From Candidatus Omnitrophota bacterium (GTDB taxonomy: Bacteria; Omnitrophota; Gorgyraeia; 2-01-FULL-45-10), in NCBI GenBank assembly GCA_041650935.1, contig JBAZKH010000001.1, positions 347,337 through 411,336 of the forward strand: a DNA stretch of 64,000 bases. Reading direction: 5' to 3'. Of the stretch, positions 53,528 through 63,880 are shown one piece after another. Below the pieces are notes generated by a model. It was not told the origin of the DNA, made no database searches, and saw only the letters and a program-made list of their open reading frames with translations. The position numbers and the translations under genes are program-made. Position 1 is the stretch's first letter; the number at the start of each line of letters is the position of its first letter.

Positions 53528-56500
53528 ATGAAAATCCGTGAAAGAACAATATCTGTTGTCGTAATAATGTGTTTTATATTCAATCATATTACTTTTGCTT
53601 CAGAGGTGCAGACTAATACATCCACGCTGGCGCCATTGACCCGGTTCGATCGAATGACAGGCAAAGAGTTTAAGGAAGCCGCGCAGATCCAGATAGGGAT
53701 TACTGAAGCGTTGAAAGGGATCGACGTATTAACTCTCGCCAATATCCGAACGCTGGGCGAACGGTCATTTTCGGAAAAGACCGTATTTTCCTCAAAAGTA
53801 GCCGGCATTATAAATTTCGACCAGGCCCTCGAAGAAAAATTACAAGATGAAAATATAGCGGCAGGTAAGGACTTTTATATATTTAAGGCCCGCATCCCCG
53901 GAAAAGACGGCCAGGATGACAGATGGTACTACTGCCTGCTTTCTAAGGTTAAAACGGATGAGAGGCATTCTATATCCGTTGTGCCGGAAACCTTGATGAG
54001 AAAAGCCTTAAAAAAAGGCACTGTAAAGTTTGCCCATGGATCGATCGACGGCAAAGACAGGGAGATCGTAGAACTATATACAGCACACGAGATAACTACA
54101 TCGAATTGCGAAGCTATAGATCCATGGATAGCCGAGCGCATGGAAAGAGGAGAGTACGCAGTAGATGCCCTTACAGCCGTAATAGACCCTCTTTATAATA
54201 ATGCACAGAAGAAGATGTCCAATCCCGCAGGCTATGACAATGTTCTCGGCCGTATTTATTTATACCTTGAACAACTTGGAGTAGGTCGGGAAAACATAGA
54301 AAGCATTAAGAACGTCTTTGGAGGCGTAGACCGGTTGGAAGGTACTATCATACTTATACCGTATGACGAAGGCGCCCTGCCCGCCATAACCATAAATGGC
54401 CAGCGAGTGATGGTGACCGCCCACTCAAGCCAGTTTGCCACATATATCTTACTGCCAAGGCCGTTATATCAAAACATTTCCGAAGACAAGCCCTGGAATA
54501 TCGACGTAGAAGCGATAATAGAAAAAGATCTGATCCATGAAATAGGCGCCAGGTGCGGACTTAAAACAACAATTAAAGACGGAAGGCTTTGGAATTTATT
54601 GGATGAAGCCGTTAGCTCTTTAAAAGAAAAGCGTCGAATAGAATCTATCGCCGGCTTACAAAATCTCTCCCCAGTTGATTTCCTTAATTTGGAATTGAGG
54701 AACGACTATGCCGCCGGAGGTATAGATAAGAAAAGTATATTCAAAAGGATCATGGCGCTGGTACTGGCTGGTGCAACAAGTATTCTCTCCTCGTGTAGCA
54801 AGCCGGTAGATAAGGTAACTCAGAAAACAGAGATTGGCCAACAGAAGGAAGCGAAGCGGAATACAGAAGGAAAATCCACCGAAATGATTCGCGAGTCTAT
54901 ACAAGAACCGGCCGTTGTCAATAATGAAACAAAGCCCAAGGTATCTTCGTTGACGCCGGCACAATTAGAAAAGCTGGTCAGAGAGATGCCGCCGATGGGG
55001 CCGGGTGTGGTTACAGGAAATGATAATGAAAGTAAGGAAGAAGAATACGGGTCGGTATCAATTGAAGAAAAAGTTAGACAAATTTTCGGTGAGGCGCGTC
55101 AACTTAATAGTTCAAGCGATTTTTATGAGGAAGAACGTGAGGCAATAGTTAGAAAATTAGCTAAAATTGGCAATCCCGCAGTTCCTGTGTTAATAACCGC
55201 AGTTGAAAAAAGTATTTATCCGGACGATTTTTATGTGATCGAATGTTCCATTATAGCACTTGGCGAAATCAGGGATGACAGGGCTGTGGACATATTGATT
55301 AAGTATCTGGAGCAAAATTATGAAAAGAAAATAGGGAATCCTGATACACCACCATTTGATAATTTTATAGCAGAAGCGCTTGGTAAAATAGGTAACAAAA
55401 AAGCAGTTTCTATTCTAGTAAAATTGTTAAATAAAAAAGACACATATTATTATTACCAAAATAAAGTAGTAGAGGCTCTAGGTGCAATAGGTGATGCAAG
55501 CGCGGTGCGGCCTATAATTAGAAGTTTAGATGAAAGGTCTGGGGCATTAAATCTTGCGTGGACTGTGGCTTTGGGCAGGATTGGGAGCGATGAAGCTATA
55601 GAAGTCTTAGTTCGTTTACTGACAAATGGCGATGTGGGAACTAAGAGTGTTGCAGCAATAGGACTGGGCTTAGCACGTGATGTGCGTGCCGTTAAACCTT
55701 TGGTCGATATATCGTTAAAAAGCAGTAACAAAGAAATAAGGGGCTATGCCACAAATATTCTTTTATCATGGCATGAGCGCAGTGCAATTGCAAGGGAGTA
55801 TCTTATTGCCCAATATGGTGATAAATATATTGAAGTATTAAATGCACATAAATTGATCTCGATAGGTGATTTTGACAAATTACTTAAGCTATATGGGGAT
55901 ATTGGTGTCGATGTGCTTATTGATGCTATTAGCGCAGAAACGCTTCCCTACGTTGGGCCTTTGCGATCTTGTGATTTGTTTAAATCACATATTTCAAAAT
56001 ACGATAAATCGGAATTTCTTAGACTTATTAAAAAATTTAATGGAAAAAACAGGGCCGTGCTTCTTTTGTTGTATTGTAATAGTAAAAGCGTGTTTGGATG
56101 GATTACGGATACAGAAAAAGAAGAACTTCTTGAAGCTTGGGGAGTTGAAGAGGAAATTGCGGGAGTCTTTGACAATAAAAGCTACATCGAAATTTTGAAC
56201 GCATTATCTGATCTTAACCCCGAAACTACCTTAAAAATCATAGGCCCTGTTACTAGTCCTTTAATTAGAGGCACGGTTCGTGGTACGAGCAGTGCATCTG
56301 AGTATGTCGCAGGGTTCGTCGGAGATGCCAGAATGTTGACGTTAATGCAAGTATCAACGCCTGTAAAATTATTAGCAAAAAACAAAAAATTGTCCATGTC
56401 AGGATATGTTGATGGGAGAACTCATTTTGGCATACGCATTCCACCAGTTATATGGACTATAAACGATGAAAAGCAACTAATAAAATTACTGTCAAGTCCA

Positions 56501-57784
56501 TACGAATTTTTTAGATATGCAGCTGCAAAGGCGTTGCAAGAGATAGAAGAACAAAATGTATTAAGGAATGATCTTGCGCAATTACTAAGAAATATTCAAA
56601 GTGATAAATTTGACACGCGATATAAAGCGCTTTATTTGTTTGGTACGAGAAATACTATCCCAGCAGAGTGCGTGCCGTATTTAATGAAAGTTTTTGACGA
56701 AAATAATTGGTGGGTACACCAATTAGTTGAACAGGCCTTGGTCAAAATAGGCAAGCCCGCAGTTGCACCCATTCTTGAAATGGCGCAGCATACAAGATGG
56801 CTTACCAGAAAAAGAGCAGCCCATGCTTTAGGAGAGATGGGCAGCGCAGCTATAGAGGCTTTGCCGGTCTTGAGATCAATGAGGGACAATGATAATGATG
56901 AAGCAGTTAGAAAAGAAGCGGGTGAGGCGATTAATAAGATCGAAAAAGAAAGTGTAGATAAAGCACAGAAAGCAAATATCCGTGACAAAGTCAACCGGTC
57001 AGGATTATTGGATGAAAAAGGGTTAGTTAGAGAAGTAAGCGACGCTACTTTTGACAGGCTTTGGAACGGCGAATCAATCGATACGAAAAACCCGGCTGTC
57101 GATACAAGAATAAACGATACTACGATGTCTGTTCTTGCGATGCTGGGCGTATTCGCATTCCCGAAACCAGATGATTCAGAAATAGAGGCTATTGCTGCCA
57201 GGATAAAGGAGCAGGAAATAGAAGTGTTTATGCCCACCTCGTTATTTCCGAAAGATACATTGCGAATATTTAAAAATGGCTTAGGACGTGTTTTTGGAGA
57301 TAGACTCAGGGTATATAACAATCTATCAGATCTTGCGCCGATGATTAAAAATCCCGAGAAATCAGTTGTTATGACGGTCGATCTTAATAATAATGAGGTT
57401 ATGGCCGTAAGAGACTCTTTTAACCATTTAAAAAGTGTAAGATTTATGAACTTTGAGCGGATAGATGTTGAAAAATTTATCGGTCAAGGAGTGTATGAAA
57501 ATTATATATCGGATACCCTTAGTAAATTGCTTGTCGCGCGGGCAATAAGCAGAGAAGAAGCAAACGATGAAAGCTCACCTTATTATAGATTACTGGCCCA
57601 TCTGTTATCCGGCCATATGCCAAAAAAAGAAATAGGCGACTATATTAATCAAATAGTAAACGATGGAATGGATCCGATCGTTAAGCTTCTTAATCTGATA
57701 AAACAGGTTTTGAAGGCTATGCCTATAGAAGCTTATAAATATGAGCAACTAAAGACGGCGGTTCAGGTGTTGTGGGCTGCATAA
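53528..57784 (+). CDS. Very large secreted HEAT-repeat (PBS-lyase-type) protein with an internal lipobox
   Basis: GGGAGGA RBS and signal peptide MKIRERTISVVVIMCFIF. Multiple HEAT repeats (ALGEIRDDRAVDILIKYL, ALGKIGNKKAVSILVKLL, ALGAIGDASAVRPIIRSL, ALGRIGSDEAIEVLVRLL...). Internal MALVLAGATSILSSC at 54752. Strongly AT-rich compared with neighbours. Confidence 0.55.
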   Translation: MKIRERTISVVVIMCFIFNHITFASEVQTNTSTLAPLTRFDRMTGKEFKEAAQIQIGITEALKGIDVLTLANIRTLGERSFSEKTVFSSKVAGIINFDQALEEKLQDENIAAGKDFYIFKARIPGKDGQDDRWYYCLLSKVKTDERHSISVVPETLMRKALKKGTVKFAHGSIDGKDREIVELYTAHEITTSNCEAIDPWIAERMERGEYAVDALTAVIDPLYNNAQKKMSNPAGYDNVLGRIYLYLEQLGVGRENIESIKNVFGGVDRLEGTIILIPYDEGALPAITINGQRVMVTAHSSQFATYILLPRPLYQNISEDKPWNIDVEAIIEKDLIHEIGARCGLKTTIKDGRLWNLLDEAVSSLKEKRRIESIAGLQNLSPVDFLNLELRNDYAAGGIDKKSIFKRIMALVLAGATSILSSCSKPVDKVTQKTEIGQQKEAKRNTEGKSTEMIRESIQEPAVVNNETKPKVSSLTPAQLEKLVREMPPMGPGVVTGNDNESKEEEYGSVSIEEKVRQIFGEARQLNSSSDFYEEEREAIVRKLAKIGNPAVPVLITAVEKSIYPDDFYVIECSIIALGEIRDDRAVDILIKYLEQNYEKKIGNPDTPPFDNFIAEALGKIGNKKAVSILVKLLNKKDTYYYYQNKVVEALGAIGDASAVRPIIRSLDERSGALNLAWTVALGRIGSDEAIEVLVRLLTNGDVGTKSVAAIGLGLARDVRAVKPLVDISLKSSNKEIRGYATNILLSWHERSAIAREYLIAQYGDKYIEVLNAHKLISIGDFDKLLKLYGDIGVDVLIDAISAETLPYVGPLRSCDLFKSHISKYDKSEFLRLIKKFNGKNRAVLLLLYCNSKSVFGWITDTEKEELLEAWGVEEEIAGVFDNKSYIEILNALSDLNPETTLKIIGPVTSPLIRGTVRGTSSASEYVAGFVGDARMLTLMQVSTPVKLLAKNKKLSMSGYVDGRTHFGIRIPPVIWTINDEKQLIKLLSSPYEFFRYAAAKALQEIEEQNVLRNDLAQLLRNIQSDKFDTRYKALYLFGTRNTIPAECVPYLMKVFDENNWWVHQLVEQALVKIGKPAVAPILEMAQHTRWLTRKRAAHALGEMGSAAIEALPVLRSMRDNDNDEAVRKEAGEAINKIEKESVDKAQKANIRDKVNRSGLLDEKGLVREVSDATFDRLWNGESIDTKNPAVDTRINDTTMSVLAMLGVFAFPKPDDSEIEAIAARIKEQEIEVFMPTSLFPKDTLRIFKNGLGRVFGDRLRVYNNLSDLAPMIKNPEKSVVMTVDLNNNEVMAVRDSFNHLKSVRFMNFERIDVEKFIGQGVYENYISDTLSKLLVARAISREEANDESSPYYRLLAHLLSGHMPKKEIGDYINQIVNDGMDPIVKLLNLIKQVLKAMPIEAYKYEQLKTAVQVLWAA

Positions 57785-58049
57785 TTTAACAATTAAGAGC
57801 ATAAAAAACCAAAGAAGCAAATGCCAGATTGCCAGATAATCGTGATAAAATAGGTATTATAAAGATCATTAAATAGGAAATTCAAAGGAGTCATAGCTCG
57901 ACCACCCCTAAAAGGCACCATTATTTGCCACGATTTTACTTGGTGAGGTTATGTAGAGATGGACTATTGTGGGTCTATGATCGCGAAAAAAAATGAGTAC
58001 AGGCAACAAGCTCCAGTTAATAGAAGCAATTTCTTCCCGGGATAAACTC

Positions 58050-58085
58050 TTGCCGGGAACGCGGCTTTCCCGGCAATGTTTTTGG
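58050..58085 (+). terminator. Intrinsic terminator hairpin
   Basis: TTGCCGGGAA-cgcggct-TTCCCGGCAA (10-bp perfect stem), then TGTTTTTGG. Confidence 0.5.
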
Positions 58086-58358
58086 TATAAAATATAACTT
58101 TTTATCACTTTCAACGACGCCGGATCCACAGGTACTTAATCAATCTCTTTACTAAATCCCTGATCACGGAATTAAGAGCCCTCATCGGCAATAGGGAGTA
58201 CGCCAAGGCCATGAAACTGGTCTATCGTGAAGGCGTGCTTGAGCGGGAGATCCCGGAAGACGATCTTCCGACCATAGAAGCCGACCTTATCCTTTACGCG
58301 CGCTGCGCCAATTGGGATGTGAAGAAGTAAAGATTCTTGCGTGTGAATATTATTGCTA

Positions 58359-58387
58359 TTGACATTTTTCCCGCCAGCAATTAATAT
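58359..58387 (+). promoter_or_regulatory. Consensus sigma70 promoter (TTGACA-N17-TAATAT) abutting the start codon; predicts a leaderless mRNA
   Basis: TTGACA at 58359-64, TAATAT at 58382-87. Only 6 nt before the ATG at 58394, and no RBS. Confidence 0.45.
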
Positions 58388-58393
58388 TAGCGC

Positions 58394-60316
58394 ATGCCGC
58401 ATACTGCAAAATTCATAATTACTTCATTAATCGCATTATCTTTAGCGCTCTCCTGCCCGGTGCATGCCGCGGAATTCGATGAGTTCCTCGATAAGGTCGA
58501 GCGGCAAGCCTTCGATTATTTCATGAACGAAACCTTCGCGAATACGGGCCTTACCCTGAACACGACCGAAGAGTGCGCGCCGGCTACGAACGCGGCATCC
58601 GGCTTTATGCTTTCCGCCCTGGTGATAGGCTCGGAACGCGGCTGGATTACGCGGGAGGAGGCGTATTCGCTCGCGCTCAAGACTCTCAGGACATTCAGGG
58701 AACTCGAGGAGACGGAAGGGTTTACCTACCACTATATCAATGTCAGAAATTGCAGCAGGATGTGGTCCAGCGAAGTCAGCTGCATAGATACGGCCATATT
58801 CCTCGCGGGGGCGATCACCGCCGGCGAATATTTCAAGGGTACGGAAGTCGAAAGCATCGCCGATGAACTTTACAGGCAGACCAACTGGCAGTGGTTTCTA
58901 GACGGAGAAAAGACCCTGCAGATGTCGTGGAAACCCGAGAAGGGATTTTCCGGCCGTATCGATTCGTTTTCGGAAGGTATATTATGTTACATACTTGCCA
59001 TGGGATCGCCTGCATACGCGATCCCTCCGGATTGCTGGGATTCGTTCGTAAGACCCGTCTCCGCTTATGGTGGATCCAGGATGATCTACGTCGCCGACGG
59101 CAGTCTCTTCCAGTACCTCTTTCCTCTGGCGTGGCTTGATCTCCGCGGAAAGCATGACAAATACGCCGATTACTGGCAGAATGCGGTCAAGGCCGTCAGG
59201 GCCAACAAGCGGTTCTGCCGGGATAAGGCGGGATCGAATATGTCGTACCAGGAAGGCTATTGGGGCCTGAGTGCTTCGTTCTTTCAGGGCGGATACAGGA
59301 ACTTCGGGGCAAAACCCGGCCGGAATTTTCACGACGGAACGATAGCGCCCTACGCGGTGGCCGGCTCGATACCGCTTGCGCCGGACTTCGCCATAGCCGA
59401 TTACAAATATATGTATGACAAAGTGCCGAATGCGCTCGGCAAATACGGCTTGACCGATGCCTTCAATATCGGGCAAAGATGGGCATCGCCTCATTATATA
59501 TCGATAGACCAGGGCTTGACCCTGCTTATGATAGAGAATTACCGCTCCGGCCTTATATGGCAATACTTCATGCGGAATAAGCATGTGGAGAAGGGCATCG
59601 CGTTGGCGGGGTTTAAGCCCGGCTGGCAGGGCGAGCCTTCGGGTTTGTGTACGACCTCCGGCAACCCCGGCGATAAAGTCGTCGTTAAAAAGATCGCCCT
59701 TCCGAAAAAGATCGACGGAGATATCGCCGAATGGGAAACCGATCCCGCCGCCGCGCGGATCGTACTTACGACGAAGGATAACCGGAACGTAGAGATGACC
59801 GTGGGATATGTGAGGGATGATAATGAATTGAGCGGCGCCTTCTATCTGGGCCATGACGGTCGTAATCTTTATATCGCCGGACGCGTCAAAGACGACAATA
59901 TCGTTGTCTCTCATACAGGCGGTAATATTTACAAAGATTCATGCGTAGAGCTATATTTCGATACCAATAAAGACGGGTTCTATTTCGACAGAAACCCCGG
60001 CGACTACCAGTTCGGTTTCACGCCGCCGGCATCCGGAAATGCCCCGCAGGCCTGGGCGTGGGGAAATATACAAAAAGCGCCGGATAATATAACCTACGCG
60101 CTAAAGCCGGCAGACGGCGGTTATACGATAGAGGCCAGGATACCTTTCGAGGCAGTCAAAGGTTTTGGTCCCGGTAAGAATAGAGAGATCGCGTTTTCGG
60201 TGTCGATCCACGGCAAGAACAAAAATAATAAGTCCAGGAAACTCAACTGGTCGATAGATGCTTTCAGCGAACCGGAAAAGATCCGTTTCGGGACGCTCGA
60301 ATTAAGTAATGAATAG
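58394..60316 (+). CDS. Secreted glucoamylase-like glycoside hydrolase (DUF3131/Glycoamylase family) with C-terminal CBM9-like domain
   Basis: Signal peptide. GFMLSALVIGSERGWITREEAYSLALKTLRTF resembles DUF3131. C-terminus (DGDIAEWETD...LYIAGRVKDDNIV...CVELYFDTNKDG) resembles CBM9/DOMON-like modules. Confidence 0.55.
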   Translation: MPHTAKFIITSLIALSLALSCPVHAAEFDEFLDKVERQAFDYFMNETFANTGLTLNTTEECAPATNAASGFMLSALVIGSERGWITREEAYSLALKTLRTFRELEETEGFTYHYINVRNCSRMWSSEVSCIDTAIFLAGAITAGEYFKGTEVESIADELYRQTNWQWFLDGEKTLQMSWKPEKGFSGRIDSFSEGILCYILAMGSPAYAIPPDCWDSFVRPVSAYGGSRMIYVADGSLFQYLFPLAWLDLRGKHDKYADYWQNAVKAVRANKRFCRDKAGSNMSYQEGYWGLSASFFQGGYRNFGAKPGRNFHDGTIAPYAVAGSIPLAPDFAIADYKYMYDKVPNALGKYGLTDAFNIGQRWASPHYISIDQGLTLLMIENYRSGLIWQYFMRNKHVEKGIALAGFKPGWQGEPSGLCTTSGNPGDKVVVKKIALPKKIDGDIAEWETDPAAARIVLTTKDNRNVEMTVGYVRDDNELSGAFYLGHDGRNLYIAGRVKDDNIVVSHTGGNIYKDSCVELYFDTNKDGFYFDRNPGDYQFGFTPPASGNAPQAWAWGNIQKAPDNITYALKPADGGYTIEARIPFEAVKGFGPGKNREIAFSVSIHGKNKNNKSRKLNWSIDAFSEPEKIRFGTLELSNE

Positions 60317-60355
60317 AATACCACAAAAGATGCCCGCTATGTTATAATTGCCGAT

Positions 60356-61453
60356 ATGCGGAAAACATTAATATGGCTATTGGCAATGATCATAATTATC
60401 GCAGTGCCTCTCATTGCCCTCGAAGGCACGCTAAGGCTCTTCTTCGGGTTCCCCCACGGTTCATTCAATTTTCTCCTCTCCGCCAAGGACGGCCTATACC
60501 CGCGCAATGAGACAATTATAATGGAATACGGTTTTAAGCCGTATACGGTTGTGACAAATTCTTACGGTATGCGCGGCAAGGAAGTGCAGCTGCAAAAGAC
60601 GCCGGGGGTCAAAAGGATAGTTACGCTCGGCGATTCCGTTACCGACGGTTATTTTGTGGCCAACAAAGAGACCTACCCGTCGTATCTGGAAGATATACTT
60701 GTCTCGGACGGGCGTAAAGCCGAGATATTGAGTGTGGCGCGGGGCGGAGGATCCATCGATAAAGAGTTAGCCATGTTAAAGATCATTATGCCGCTAAAGC
60801 CCGATATCGTAATTTTAGTTTTTGTCACTAACGATATATTCGAGATAATGGGCAAGAAGAGGAGCGATTTGCTCTATATGAAATTCCGCGGCGTGCCTGC
60901 GCAGATACCCGAATGGTTCCTTACAAAGACAGCGATAGGCGAGCTCATCGGAGACATAAAATTGAGGATAAAGTACAAAAATTATAAACTCTTCAAGAGA
61001 GGGCAGAAAGGCGGGGAGAGGGAATCGGTCCTGGACAGGCTCGGGAGGAGATACGACGAGAATGTCGCGCTATTTAAGAAGACGACGGTTGTCAGCGACG
61101 GCAAGGTGCTGAACGAGCCGTTTACCTGCGAGACGGAGAACGCTATTCTTAATTATCTGGCCGCACTTGACGGGATGAAGAGCTTCTGCGCGGCTAATGA
61201 TACAAGACTCGTCCTTGCCTATTTCCCAAGCTACTCGCAGGTTTACGACCCTACCGTTACGATGAAGATGAGGGATGTGTTAAAGGAAGAATGCGGGAAG
61301 TTATCGATACCGTTCCGGGACCTTACGGGCGCTTTCAGGGCCGTGGGGAACGGGAAAGTACTCTATTTCGCGCCATTCGACTTTCACTGTAATGCCGAAG
61401 GCAACAAGCTTATCGCTTCGGAGATAGCGGAATTGGTAAAGTCTTACCTATAA
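60356..61453 (+). CDS. SGNH/GDSL-family hydrolase (membrane-anchored)
   Basis: N-terminal TM. IVTLGDSVTDGYF block I. FVTNDIFE block. Confidence 0.6.
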   Translation: MRKTLIWLLAMIIIIAVPLIALEGTLRLFFGFPHGSFNFLLSAKDGLYPRNETIIMEYGFKPYTVVTNSYGMRGKEVQLQKTPGVKRIVTLGDSVTDGYFVANKETYPSYLEDILVSDGRKAEILSVARGGGSIDKELAMLKIIMPLKPDIVILVFVTNDIFEIMGKKRSDLLYMKFRGVPAQIPEWFLTKTAIGELIGDIKLRIKYKNYKLFKRGQKGGERESVLDRLGRRYDENVALFKKTTVVSDGKVLNEPFTCETENAILNYLAALDGMKSFCAANDTRLVLAYFPSYSQVYDPTVTMKMRDVLKEECGKLSIPFRDLTGAFRAVGNGKVLYFAPFDFHCNAEGNKLIASEIAELVKSYL

Positions 61454-61454
61454 G

Positions 61455-63281
61455 ATGAAAAATATATACATCCTGGGCATATCTGCCTTCTATCACGATG
61501 CGGCCGCCGCGCTTATCGGGGACGGTGAGATCCTGGCCGCCGCGCAGGAAGAGAGATTTACACGGATAAAGCACGACCCCGGTTTTCCCAAGAATGCCAT
61601 AGCCTACTGCCTTCGCGAAGCCGGCATAAAAGAACCGGACCTGGCCCTGGTCGCTTTTTACGAGAAGCCTTTTATCAAATTCGAGAGACTCCTGGAGACC
61701 TGCTTCGCCTGTGCCCCGTCCGGACTCAACGCTTTCATAGCGGCGATGCCCGCCTGGATAAAACAGAAGCTCTTTATAAAGGATCATATTTCCGAAGAGC
61801 TTGGTTATAGCGGCACCATAATATTTCCCGAGCATCACCATTCCCATGCGGCAAGCGCATTCTATCCCTCGCCGTTCGACAGGGCCGCTATCCTCACGGT
61901 AGACGGAGTAGGCGAGTGGGCCACGGTAAGCTTTGGTAAGGGGAGCGGCAATTCACTGCGGCTCGATTCGGAGATACGGTTCCCGCATTCCCTTGGGCTC
62001 CTATATTCCGCCTTTACCTACTATTGCGGTTTCAAGGTTAATTCCGGAGAGTATAAGCTGATGGGCCTGGCGCCTTACGGCGAACCCAGATATGTCGATA
62101 AGATACTCGATAATATCATAGACCTTAAGGATGACGGTTCGTTCAGGCTGAATATGAAGTACTTCAACTATTGCGCCGGACTCACGATGACTAACGCAAA
62201 CTTCGATGCTCTCTTCGGCGGCCGGCCGCGCAAGCGTGAAACTAAGATCGATAAGAGGCACATGGATATAGCCCGTTCCATCCAGGCTGTTACAGAGACG
62301 GTCATAATGAGGATGGTCCGGCACGTCTATAAAGCGACAGGTGAGGAGAATCTCTGTCTGGCAGGCGGCGTCGCCTTGAACTGTGTCGCTAACGGGAAGA
62401 TATTGCGCGAGGGACCTTTTAAGAGGATATGGATACAGCCTTCGGCCTCTGACGCGGGCGGAGCCCTGGGGGCCGCTCTTATAGGCTGGTATGAATATAT
62501 GGGTAAGCCGCGCGCGGCAGCCGGCCGCGATAAAGATTTTCAGAAAGCCAGCCTCCTGGGCCCCTCATTCTCCGACGACCAGATAGAAGCGTACCTGAAT
62601 ACGAATAACCTGCCGTATGAAAAGATCGGCCGCGGCGAGATCCCGAAAGTGGCCGCCGGACTCCTCGCCGGCCAGAAAGTGGTCGGCTGGTTCCAGGGCA
62701 GGATGGAGTTCGGGCCGCGCGCTCTCGGCGCGAGGAGTATCCTGGGCGACCCGCGTTCCCGGGAGATGCAGTCTGTCATAAACCTGAAGATAAAGTTCAG
62801 GGAGTCGTTCAGGCCATTTGCGCCTACGGTGCTTCTGGAGAAGGCGGGCGAATATTTCGGGCTCAATTGCGAGAGCCCTTACATGCTCATCGTGTCGCCG
62901 GTAGCGGAAAGCAAGAGGGACAGGACAAGCGCCTCCGCCGATTTTGCGGGATTCGACAAGCTTAAAGCGAAACGGTCCGAGATACCCGCCGTTACCCATG
63001 TGGATTACTCGGCAAGAGTGCAGACGGTAAAGAGGGCGGATAACGAGCTCTATTATGAATTACTGGACCGGTTTTATAAGGACCATGGATGCCCGATGGT
63101 TATAAATACTTCTTTCAATGTAAGGGGCGAGCCGATCGTCTGCTCGCCGGACGATGCTTACAGGTGTTTTATGAGAACTAATATGGACTATCTGGTCATG
63201 GGCTCTTTCCTGATCGATAAGACGAGACAGCCGCGGGAGCTGTTGAAGCTGGAAGAGGTAAATAAATTCGAATTGGATTGA
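61455..63281 (+). CDS. NodU/CmcH-family O-carbamoyltransferase
   Basis: ILGISAFYHDAAAAL, FPEHHHSHAASAF, DGVGEW motifs of Carbam_trans_N. C-terminal Carbam_trans_C. Confidence 0.85.
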   Translation: MKNIYILGISAFYHDAAAALIGDGEILAAAQEERFTRIKHDPGFPKNAIAYCLREAGIKEPDLALVAFYEKPFIKFERLLETCFACAPSGLNAFIAAMPAWIKQKLFIKDHISEELGYSGTIIFPEHHHSHAASAFYPSPFDRAAILTVDGVGEWATVSFGKGSGNSLRLDSEIRFPHSLGLLYSAFTYYCGFKVNSGEYKLMGLAPYGEPRYVDKILDNIIDLKDDGSFRLNMKYFNYCAGLTMTNANFDALFGGRPRKRETKIDKRHMDIARSIQAVTETVIMRMVRHVYKATGEENLCLAGGVALNCVANGKILREGPFKRIWIQPSASDAGGALGAALIGWYEYMGKPRAAAGRDKDFQKASLLGPSFSDDQIEAYLNTNNLPYEKIGRGEIPKVAAGLLAGQKVVGWFQGRMEFGPRALGARSILGDPRSREMQSVINLKIKFRESFRPFAPTVLLEKAGEYFGLNCESPYMLIVSPVAESKRDRTSASADFAGFDKLKAKRSEIPAVTHVDYSARVQTVKRADNELYYELLDRFYKDHGCPMVINTSFNVRGEPIVCSPDDAYRCFMRTNMDYLVMGSFLIDKTRQPRELLKLEEVNKFELD

Positions 63282-63287
63282 TCCGAT

Positions 63288-63692
63288 ATGGCAAAACCGC
63301 GTGCGGAATTAAAAGATCTGAGGCAGTTCGGGTTGGCGTCGGCCGGAATATTTCTGGCGCTGGGCGCAGTCAACTATTTCAAATGCCGGGCAACCTGGTA
63401 TACATGGTTCCTCGGCCTCGGCGTCGTCACCGCCCTGATGGCCCTGGCGGCCCCAAAGAGCATGAAACCGGTGTTTATAATATTCAAGAAGGTTGGGCAT
63501 GCCATCGGTTGGATAAACACAAGGATCATCCTTGCGTTAATATACTTTTTGTTTATTACGCCGATAGCTATTGTCATGAAGGCCCTGGGCAAAGATCCTC
63601 TTAACAGGAAGATAGATAAAGATATCACAAGTTACTGGGTGAAGCATGCGCCTGCAGTATCGCCCAAAGAGAGGTTGGAAAAGCAATTTTAA
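63288..63692 (+). CDS. SxtJ-like small membrane protein (carbamoyltransferase-associated)
   Basis: 134 aa, 3-4 TM helices, immediately after the carbamoyltransferase. Confidence 0.45.
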   Translation: MAKPRAELKDLRQFGLASAGIFLALGAVNYFKCRATWYTWFLGLGVVTALMALAAPKSMKPVFIIFKKVGHAIGWINTRIILALIYFLFITPIAIVMKALGKDPLNRKIDKDITSYWVKHAPAVSPKERLEKQF

Positions 63693-63703
63693 GAAGGAGA
63701 ACT

Positions 63704-63862
63704 ATGAGCAAAACATCATTATTCAGGGAGTTATGGGATTTCCTAAAGGTCCGCAAAAAGATGTGGATGGTCCCGGTAGTCATCTTACTGTTACTTCTTG
63801 GCCTTTTGATAGTCTTTACCGAATCATCCGCCTTAGCGCCTTTTATATATACGCTTTTTTGA
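63704..63862 (+). CDS. DUF5989-like small membrane protein (52 aa), not in the supplied ORF track
   Basis: AAGGAGA RBS, then ATG at 63704. MSKTSLFRELWDFLKVRKKMWMVPVVILLLLLGLLIVFTESSALAPFIYTLF-stop. Family is typically adjacent to SxtJ-like/carbamoyltransferase genes. Confidence 0.5.
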   Translation: MSKTSLFRELWDFLKVRKKMWMVPVVILLLLLGLLIVFTESSALAPFIYTLF

Positions 63863-63880
63863 TCTCCGGGAGACGTTCCG

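Noticed and set aside
58982-59914. 310-aa minus-strand ORF
   Set aside because: Antisense to the glucoamylase-like gene.
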